64,000 bases of DNA, from contig CAXXJJ010000004.1 in NCBI GenBank assembly GCA_963667015.2, positions 1,376,001-1,440,000 of the forward strand, in the 5' to 3' direction. Position numbers and translations under genes: made by a program. This DNA is from Desulfatiglandales bacterium (GTDB taxonomy: Bacteria > Desulfobacterota > DSM-4660 > Desulfatiglandales > HGW-15). Positions 39,916 to 47,431 of this stretch are shown here, one piece after another; positions within the stretch are counted from its first letter, which is position 1; each line of letters starts with the position of its first letter. Under the pieces are notes generated by a model that saw only the letters and a list, made by a program, of their open reading frames with translations, was not told the origin of the DNA and did not search any database.

Positions 39916-40269
39916 AATTGAAGCTCCTATACAGGTAGGTACTTATGGTTAACATTCACGTCAGCCTGCCAGCAAACGAAAAATATGAATAAAAACAGCT
40001 ACAACTAGCAGGATTTGTTAGCATAAATCAAACAATACTGTCAAGATCATAAAGGCAGCCAGGAGGCATTACCGCCATTAATAATACACTCTATTGATAA
40101 GGCAAGATCAGGTATTCGATTACACTTTTATATTTAAATATATGTGTGATCCGGATTAGTGGATGCACAAAAATCTTTAATATTTAATCCCATATCTGCT
40201 ATAATTGATTTTTCTTTTCAGTTAGCGAGCTTTTAAAATTAATATTTTCTCCTTTCAGAGAGGCATAGT

Positions 40270-43200
40270 ATGCCATCCAAAGCCCTTGAAGTAAATATAA
40301 AAACGAGCAGGGTTGATGTTATAATACGTGAGGAATACTCTGTACTTCGTGAGGCAATGTCCAGGTATCCGGGGATTTTGGACAATCTTAAAATCTTTGT
40401 TACAGAATTATGTCATCCCTATAAAAACTGGGAGTTTATCGCAAAGGAAGCAAGGACCTATTCGCTTGATTATTTCCACCTGTTAAAGGAACATCCCGAA
40501 GGCCCGGAAGCAGCAAGACTTTTTATAGATATTTTCCTTCAAACCATCATGGAATCCCAGAACACCGCAGTAAATCAGGATGGTGCGGATAATCTTCTAA
40601 TTTATATTCAAAAAATAATCAAAGACTCGAAAGCAGACCTGCCCAGGTTTATCAGTGTAATAGGATATTCATTTGACAGGATATATTCTCTCGAAGAGAA
40701 ATATTTTTCCTTGTTTGTAAAAAGCTTCTATCAGATAAACAAGATTGCTTCATTGCTGGCCGAACAGCAGCTCCCTGCAGATTCTGTAAAAAGCATAAAT
40801 ACGCTCTTAAAGAAATATCTGAAGGAATCCTATGATTTCTGGGCACATCATAAGGACCCTATGGAGTGGTTCATATCCGAAGCGGCCATTCCCTCTTCTG
40901 ACACAGAAGCATTAAGAGAGATCTTTCGAACGGTTTCACATCAGGACCTGAAAAGATATCATGATACCCTGGCAAAATTAATAAACAAGTATAAAAACGA
41001 TGAAAACACGCTGCTGAAAGAATTGATTACACTTCCGGGGTACAGACAGATTGCAGACCAGTACAGGAAAATACCAAGACTGCTTTTTAAGAAGGGGGAA
41101 GAAACCGGTCACGGGCAATACTGGAAACTTATTTTCCTGTTTCATATTATGAATATGGACGGACTTTCGGTAATACATGAAGAAACATTGAGGGAGGTAA
41201 ACAGGACACTTACCCATCTTATAGATACTGAAAATCCAAAAAACCTGCAGCCTCTGATCCTGAAGACATTCAGGATACTTAAGGAAAGCGTAACCCTGTA
41301 TCCTGGAACCGCCCTTAACTGCATAGGCAACATGGGAACCGCTATCTATAAAACAGATGAAAGCGAATTGGTAGATTTCTTTCTTGAGTCTGTCATGGAT
41401 CTGGGATTTCAAACGCCTGATTTTAAAGGAGTTGGAAATGACTGGCAGGCAAAGGTAAACAGGGCTCATATCCAGAACATCAGGACCTGGCTCGAGATTA
41501 TTGAACTGAATCCTACCTGGTCCAAAAAATTATTGTCTTCCCTGATAATTTACCTTTCTGTAGGCGGTGTTTATATAAGAGACACGGATCTATTTCCTCG
41601 TGATATTACAAACCTGCTCAACAGCAGCATTGCAAATGTTTACAACCTGATAAAGCAGCTCACTCGATTGTTTCCGGCCTATTTCAATGAAATAGGTGCG
41701 GAAGGTAAGTTGAGAGATATTTCAACAAAGCTGGATGAAATCACATTCAGAAAAGATATTCTGGTTCATTTTGTACGCAAGCAGAGTCATGTTGAAAGCA
41801 GTAACAGGATTATAGGCCTGATAGAAACAATGCTGCACTTCTGGCTGACAAAGGAGAAGGATGGATTAAAGGATTTTCTTCCTCCAGATATATACGACCG
41901 GATAAAACCGGATAGCCCATATTTCGACGGAACTCATACACTGATAAACGATATCTTCAGGCGGAAAGGCCTGAAAAATATCAGAGAAATTCTTAACATT
42001 GATATTGATACACTCAGAGACACCTATAAAGGAAATGCCGAATTTAAATCGATTGATCTTGAAAGAATCGAACTCTCTTTCACGTTTTACAAACTTCTGG
42101 TTCAGAAATACTCCATTGATTATCTTGAGCTTGACAGCTATGTAAATCATCTTCAGCCAGGATATTTTTCTGAAATCAATCTACTAAAGGATGCACTCAG
42201 TGAAGAAGATACCTATCATAAAATATCAGGTCTTCTGACTTATCTGGAGAAACTCAGGGAAATAATCCTTTCCGCAGACCAGTATGAGATCAGGGAGGAT
42301 ATCTACCACAAACGTCATTTTACTGTGGATATCCCATCCATGTATGGCAGTTATCACGAAAGAAAGTTCGATTCACTTGGATTAACCTTCAGGCTTGAAT
42401 CATTGGTGAATACGCTTTTTGATGATCTGGTGGAAAATATCGATCTTGGATTAATCACCCGTGATACCATTTTTAAGATAAACGACTATCTGATTCTTTT
42501 TAACAGGGCATTGAGACTGGATGGAATTTTATCATCGGAAATAGAAAAACAGCTTGAACTTCTTAAACGTTCACTTGAAGTTAGAGGTTTTACATTTACA
42601 CAGTTTATCGATATTTTCAGGGGTTTTTCACAGGCGGTAAGTAATGTTGTAAACGACTATTTCAATGCCATCCACGAGCAGAACCTTTTTAAAATACTGA
42701 GCAACACACCGAGGGAATCTTTACTTTCCAAGTATCAGCCAAACAGCCTTTCCTTCAGCAGGGATAAGCTTGCGCACAGGGTTTCCGAAGTCTTTTTAAG
42801 AGAACGGATTGCCCTTGCTCTCGGGCTGCAGCAGCTTGATCTGTTCCTCAGCAGAATTATGAAGACACTTTTCAGGCAGGCCGATGAACTGCCCAAAGAC
42901 AAACTTCATCTGCTTTTGAATTATGATCCTCAAAAGGCTATCTCACCCATAGTATCATCAAACCGTCTGGTGTCAGGCGTAATACACCTGGGCAATAAAG
43001 GTCTTAACCTGGTAAGCCTGCATAATAACGGCTTCAGGGTTCCGCCAGGTTTTATCATTACGACAGAGGTTTATAGATACTGGGATGTAATCCAGGGCTA
43101 CAAACCGGCAGAAAATAATTTTATAGCCCAGGTTGACAGGGAAATCGCTTCCATCGAAATACAGACGGGAAAGCGTTTCGGCAACCCTGGAAGTCCCCTC

Positions 43201-44457
43201 CTCCTTTCAGTAAGGAGCGGAGCGCCTATATCTCAACCCGGCATGATGGATACATTTCTTAATGTTGGCATTAATGAGGATATAGTACAGGGGATAATAG
43301 ATATTACCGGCGAACCCTGGTTTGCCTGGGACTGCTACCGAAGATTTCTCCAGTCATATGGCATGGCATTTGGCCTGGACAGAAATGATTTTGATGACAT
43401 AATTGCAGACGTGAAGGAAGAACTGAACGTCCAGCACAAAATAAACCTCACCGGTGAACAGATGAAACAAATCACCCTTGATTATAAACGGTTTATAGTC
43501 AGCAGGGGAATTGATGTTGAGGAATCGCCAATAAAACAACTATACATCACAATCGGCAAGGTCCTTGAATCATGGAATACTCCTAAAGCCCGGGCATATC
43601 GAAAAATCATGAAAATATCCGACGATTGGGGAACGGCTGTTACAGTCCAGTCCATGGTATTTGGAAATATGCATAAGAATAGCGGTTCTGGCGTTGTTTT
43701 CACCCATAACCCCAGGCTCTCGGGAGACCTGATAACACTCTGGGGAGACTATGCTGTTGGAAACCAGGGGGAGGATGTTGTGTCGGGCCTTGTCAATACA
43801 ATGCCGATATCCAACCGGCAGGCGGAGACGGAAAACAGGGATATTAACAAATCCCTGCAGAATTCTTTCCCGAATATCTACAATGCCATAAGGAACTGCG
43901 CCAGGGAGCTGATATATGAAAAGAACTGGAGCCCGCAGGAGATGGAATTCACCTTTGAGTCCGACAAGGAAGAAGACCTGTATTTTTTGCAGACCAGGGA
44001 TATGGCAATAAGGCACGGTAAAAAGGTATTATCTTTTGCTGCCGATTCAAAAACGAACATAAGATTCCTTGGACATGGAATAGGTGTGAGCGGCGGCGCA
44101 ATGACAGGTAAAGTGGTATTCAATCTTGATGAAATCAGGTCCTTCAGAAAAAAAGAGCCTGAAACATCACTGATACTGGTCAGGGGAGATACTGTACCTG
44201 ATGACATTCAGGAAATATTTGAGAGTGATGGTCTGCTGACCGCCAGAGGAGGATCAACATCACATGCGGCTATTGTCGCGCACAGACTGGGAAAAACCTG
44301 CGTTGTGGGCAGCCCCAATCTTACATGTATGGAAAAGGACAGCAGTTGCTCCATCGATCAGGTTCACCTTAAAACAGGAGACTGGTTAAGTATTGACGGC
44401 AGAGAAGGGTCAATATACTCTGGTAAAATGGAAATAGAAGAAGTGGCAAGGAGGTAA
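40270..44457 (+). CDS. PPDK-like dikinase: ~880-aa unknown N-terminal region + ATP-grasp nucleotide-binding domain + phospho-His domain; no C-terminal pyruvate-binding barrel
   Basis: LGNKG, VPPGFIITT, PLLLSVRSGA...PGMMDT.LN, WGTAVTVQSMVFGN, QGEDVVSG, EMEFT, LQTR, RGGSTSHAAIVA; ends just after SIDGREGSIYSG. Confidence 0.85.
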   Translation: MPSKALEVNIKTSRVDVIIREEYSVLREAMSRYPGILDNLKIFVTELCHPYKNWEFIAKEARTYSLDYFHLLKEHPEGPEAARLFIDIFLQTIMESQNTAVNQDGADNLLIYIQKIIKDSKADLPRFISVIGYSFDRIYSLEEKYFSLFVKSFYQINKIASLLAEQQLPADSVKSINTLLKKYLKESYDFWAHHKDPMEWFISEAAIPSSDTEALREIFRTVSHQDLKRYHDTLAKLINKYKNDENTLLKELITLPGYRQIADQYRKIPRLLFKKGEETGHGQYWKLIFLFHIMNMDGLSVIHEETLREVNRTLTHLIDTENPKNLQPLILKTFRILKESVTLYPGTALNCIGNMGTAIYKTDESELVDFFLESVMDLGFQTPDFKGVGNDWQAKVNRAHIQNIRTWLEIIELNPTWSKKLLSSLIIYLSVGGVYIRDTDLFPRDITNLLNSSIANVYNLIKQLTRLFPAYFNEIGAEGKLRDISTKLDEITFRKDILVHFVRKQSHVESSNRIIGLIETMLHFWLTKEKDGLKDFLPPDIYDRIKPDSPYFDGTHTLINDIFRRKGLKNIREILNIDIDTLRDTYKGNAEFKSIDLERIELSFTFYKLLVQKYSIDYLELDSYVNHLQPGYFSEINLLKDALSEEDTYHKISGLLTYLEKLREIILSADQYEIREDIYHKRHFTVDIPSMYGSYHERKFDSLGLTFRLESLVNTLFDDLVENIDLGLITRDTIFKINDYLILFNRALRLDGILSSEIEKQLELLKRSLEVRGFTFTQFIDIFRGFSQAVSNVVNDYFNAIHEQNLFKILSNTPRESLLSKYQPNSLSFSRDKLAHRVSEVFLRERIALALGLQQLDLFLSRIMKTLFRQADELPKDKLHLLLNYDPQKAISPIVSSNRLVSGVIHLGNKGLNLVSLHNNGFRVPPGFIITTEVYRYWDVIQGYKPAENNFIAQVDREIASIEIQTGKRFGNPGSPLLLSVRSGAPISQPGMMDTFLNVGINEDIVQGIIDITGEPWFAWDCYRRFLQSYGMAFGLDRNDFDDIIADVKEELNVQHKINLTGEQMKQITLDYKRFIVSRGIDVEESPIKQLYITIGKVLESWNTPKARAYRKIMKISDDWGTAVTVQSMVFGNMHKNSGSGVVFTHNPRLSGDLITLWGDYAVGNQGEDVVSGLVNTMPISNRQAETENRDINKSLQNSFPNIYNAIRNCARELIYEKNWSPQEMEFTFESDKEEDLYFLQTRDMAIRHGKKVLSFAADSKTNIRFLGHGIGVSGGAMTGKVVFNLDEIRSFRKKEPETSLILVRGDTVPDDIQEIFESDGLLTARGGSTSHAAIVAHRLGKTCVVGSPNLTCMEKDSSCSIDQVHLKTGDWLSIDGREGSIYSGKMEIEEVARR

Positions 44458-44460
44458 AAT

Positions 44461-45729
44461 ATGGAGGAAAAGGATATGCATACAAATGATAGCGACCTGG
44501 TTCTGGGTATAAACGGTTTAGGAAGAATTGGAAAACTGACGCTGTGGCACCATGTGGGCAGAAAATATTTTAAGGAAATCGTGATAAACATGGGCAGATC
44601 AGTAGGGACATCGATGAAGGATCTTGCCCACTATATTGAGCGGGATTCCACCTATGGCTGGCTCCATGGACACCTCTACGGATATAAGGCAAAAAGAGTA
44701 GTTACAGATATTAATGAATCGGACGGATCAATGCTTATTGACGGCATTAAGGTTACCTTTTTAAGGGACACCAGGAATCCACGGGAAATCAAATGGGCGG
44801 ATCACGATGTCAGGATTGTTGTTGATGCGACCGGACAATTTCTTGACCCCACAAAACCTGGAGACAGCCCGGGGGGGGCTGCAAGGGGCCACCTTGAAGC
44901 AGGAGCCCATAAGGTTATTGTTTCGGCGCCTTTTAAGATAAAAGACAAAAGCCTCCCCATGCCGGAAGACGCAGTCACAACCGTTATGGGAATAAATGGA
45001 AATGACTATGACCCGAGGCGTCATAATATAATATCCAATGCATCATGTACCACTACCTGCCTGGCCCATATGATTAAACCCCTGATTGATAATTATGGCC
45101 CCAAGAGAATGCTCTCGGCATCCATGGCTACAATTCACGCCATGACAGGTTCACAGGAAGTTCTTGATAAAGCGGCAAAGGCAGGGGCAACTGATCTCAG
45201 AAAAACCCGGAGTGTTATGAACAATATTATTCTGACCACAACCGGTGCAGCCAACACCCTTGGCCTCGTAATACCCGAGATGAAACAGATCGGTTTTATT
45301 GCCGAATCGGTCAGGGTCCCGCTTACAACCGGATCTTTAATAATACTGGTTATCAACCTTCAGGAGGACCCTTCGGGAGAACCAATAAGAAGAGATACTA
45401 TAAATAAAATTTACAGTGACACAGCAAGCAGCGATTCACATGGCTATCTGCAGTATACCGATGAACAGAATGTTTCGAGTGATATCATCGGTATCCCAAA
45501 GGTAGCTACTATTATAGAGGGGCATGAAACACATACACGAACGGCAGATGTAACCATTGATCTTAAAAAGGTTTCAGGAATTCCAGGAGAATTACTGGCG
45601 AACCTGGATCATGCATATGCCAAGGTTTCAATCACACAGGCGGTCATATATGGCTGGTATGACAATGAATCAGGCAGCTATGTAAACATGCTTGGAGACA
45701 GAGTAGTATCTATCGCCGAGAATTTATAA
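44461..45729 (+). CDS. gap: Divergent type I glyceraldehyde-3-phosphate dehydrogenase-family protein
   Basis: GINGLGRIG, DSTYG, VDATG, SNASCTTTCLA (catalytic Cys), TIHAMTGSQ, RVP, WYDNE; 422 aa with insertions. Confidence 0.88.
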   Translation: MEEKDMHTNDSDLVLGINGLGRIGKLTLWHHVGRKYFKEIVINMGRSVGTSMKDLAHYIERDSTYGWLHGHLYGYKAKRVVTDINESDGSMLIDGIKVTFLRDTRNPREIKWADHDVRIVVDATGQFLDPTKPGDSPGGAARGHLEAGAHKVIVSAPFKIKDKSLPMPEDAVTTVMGINGNDYDPRRHNIISNASCTTTCLAHMIKPLIDNYGPKRMLSASMATIHAMTGSQEVLDKAAKAGATDLRKTRSVMNNIILTTTGAANTLGLVIPEMKQIGFIAESVRVPLTTGSLIILVINLQEDPSGEPIRRDTINKIYSDTASSDSHGYLQYTDEQNVSSDIIGIPKVATIIEGHETHTRTADVTIDLKKVSGIPGELLANLDHAYAKVSITQAVIYGWYDNESGSYVNMLGDRVVSIAENL

Positions 45730-45751
45730 TATTTTCAGCGATAAATCCTCA

Positions 45752-45789
45752 ATTAATGCCCATCCGTAAACAATAAGAAGGCATTAATG
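45752..45789 (+). terminator. Hairpin after gap
   Basis: ATTAATGCC...GGCATTAAT inverted repeat; weak U tract. Confidence 0.5.
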
Positions 45790-45806
45790 GGTTTCCAATT
45801 ATATTA

Positions 45807-45834
45807 TTGACATTCATAAATATTACCCTATAAT
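45807..45834 (+). promoter_or_regulatory. Consensus sigma70 promoter
   Basis: TTGACA (45807-45812)-16 nt-TATAAT (45829-45834). Confidence 0.8.
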
Positions 45835-45840
45835 GGCCTA

Positions 45841-46155
45841 TTCTGTAATTATTATATTTACAGGTAGCTTTATAATCAGTATTATCAGATAGTTATTTAA
45901 CTCACTATCTGCCGAAATTTTTGCAAAGGGGGTGATTCCTATAAATATTTTTTACCGGATCCATATAAAAATATTTCATTTTAATTCTGTAAGTTCAGGA
46001 TACCCCTGCATTACTGGGCGTTTTATTAATGCTTTCAGTGGTATATCGGGCAGAAGTGAGGAAACACAGATGTAATAATATATTACTATCATTGTATTAT
46101 TCTGCCCTGAATCATTGTAAGCATTCCAAAACTTTACCTGGAATGCTTTTTTTTT
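45841..46155 (+). ncRNA. Candidate structured leader/sRNA upstream of rpsU, ending in an intrinsic terminator
   Basis: Several stems (CAGATAGT/ACTATCTG; AAATATTTTT/AAAAATATTT; GGGCAGAA/TTCTGCCC) between a consensus promoter and the terminator. Family not recognised; the 5' end is inferred from the promoter. Confidence 0.5.
46119..46155 (+). terminator. Intrinsic terminator/attenuator 48 nt upstream of rpsU
   Basis: AAGCATTCCA-10 nt-TGGAATGCTT running into a T9 tract. Confidence 0.8.
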
Positions 46156-46203
46156 GTGAAATATGGATTAGTTCCAAATCTATTTTAAATAAAGAGAGAA
46201 AAT

Positions 46204-46401
46204 ATGAAAGTAATCGTACAAAACAATCAGATCGAAAGAGCAATTAAAGATTTAAAGAAAAAACTAACAAAAGAAGGATTTTTCTCAGAAATCAAAGAAC
46301 GCCGGTTCTATGACAAACCAAGCGTCCAGAAGAAGAAAAAACAGGCAAAGGCCGCAAAGAGACGCAGGAAAAGGATGAGGAAATTTACCCCAAGATTCTA
46401 A
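46204..46401 (+). CDS. rpsU: 30S ribosomal protein S21
   Basis: MKVIVQNNQIERAIKDLKKKLTKEG...RRFYDKPS...K/R-rich tail. Confidence 0.95.
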   Translation: MKVIVQNNQIERAIKDLKKKLTKEGFFSEIKERRFYDKPSVQKKKKQAKAAKRRRKRMRKFTPRF

Positions 46402-46429
46402 TTGTCTTTCTGTTAACCAACCTTACCTA

Positions 46430-46465
46430 TAGGAATTCTCCTGTTGTTCTTTTGGAGAATTCCTA
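46430..46465 (+). terminator. Hairpin downstream of rpsU
   Basis: TAGGAATTCTCC...GGAGAATTCCTA, 12-bp stem. Confidence 0.65.
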
Positions 46466-46681
46466 AACAGAAATAATTTTTTCCACTGGGCATTCTATAT
46501 GGGTTACCTTTCAATCATCAAAACAACTTAACTTTGGCAATTTTCACATGAATGATATCATTAATATTATACAATTACAGGGCTTTTCCCTTGACAAAAT
46601 ATTGATGAGCAGGTAAATACGCAAAAATTATTAAACTCTTTCTTAAGAAAGCTTTTAACTCAACCCAAAGAGGATTAATAG

Positions 46682-47431
46682 ATGACAAACAATGAACATT
46701 CCTCTGGAAATTCATCCGGTGATGGGTGGATTCCATCACTGATCCACTCAATATTATCCTACTATTCAGGTATGATTTCCAACCCATTTAAAAGCGGGCT
46801 TGCCTACTTTGTATCAGGACTTGTCTTTATGCTGATTATAGGATGGCTGGTTTTTCCGATGGCACTGTACTCAAAACAGGAGCAACCGATTAACTTTAAC
46901 CATGCCCTGCATATGGATCCTGATATTGTTAATAAAATTAAAGGCGCCGATATAACAATGGGTAATACTGATGCTGAAAAGTGTCATTATTGTCATTCAT
47001 TCAGGGATGACGGCAGTTTTACAGGCATACCCAAAATAGACGTATGTGTAAAATGTCATGTTGCCTCAGAGTCTCCGCTTGGAGAAACCCCTGAAGAAGA
47101 ATTATTCATGAACGAATATGTCAGAAAAGGTAAAGAGGTCGAATGGCTGCCATACTCAAGACAGCCGGATTGCGTCTATTTCCCTCATATCGCGCATATT
47201 AATATGGGGGAACTGGAATGTAGAACATGCCATGGAGACCATAGTAAAACCATGACCCTGCCACCATATGAAAAGAATCGAATATCGGGGTACAGCAGAA
47301 ATATCTGGGGAAAAAATATAGCAGGTTTTAAAACAAACAGCTGGGATCGCATGAAAATGGATGACTGTGCTGCCTGCCATACTGAAAAAGGGCATGAAGA
47401 AAATAATGCCTGTTTTGTCTGTCACAAATAG
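46682..47431 (+). CDS. qrcA: Membrane-anchored pentaheme cytochrome c, menaquinone reductase subunit A
   Basis: One TM helix, QPINFNHALH, five CxxCH motifs (CHYCH, CVKCH, CRTCH, CAACH, CFVCH), QPDCVYFPH, MKMDDC; first gene of the operon. Confidence 0.9.
   Translation: MTNNEHSSGNSSGDGWIPSLIHSILSYYSGMISNPFKSGLAYFVSGLVFMLIIGWLVFPMALYSKQEQPINFNHALHMDPDIVNKIKGADITMGNTDAEKCHYCHSFRDDGSFTGIPKIDVCVKCHVASESPLGETPEEELFMNEYVRKGKEVEWLPYSRQPDCVYFPHIAHINMGELECRTCHGDHSKTMTLPPYEKNRISGYSRNIWGKNIAGFKTNSWDRMKMDDCAACHTEKGHEENNACFVCHK

Noticed and set aside
45841..46155. 6S RNA, tmRNA, RNase P or SRP identity for the rpsU leader
   Set aside because: None of their hallmark sequences were recognised (tRNA-like ends, GAGGAAAGUCC, the SRP GGAA loop motif, a closed 6S rod).
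46029..46247. 72-aa ORF overlapping the rpsU start
   Set aside because: No RBS, crosses the terminator and overlaps rpsU out of frame; the region is better explained as structured RNA.
46532..46549. Possible Rex operator upstream of qrcA
   Set aside because: Only a TTCACA half-site matches; the left half does not fit TTGTGAA.
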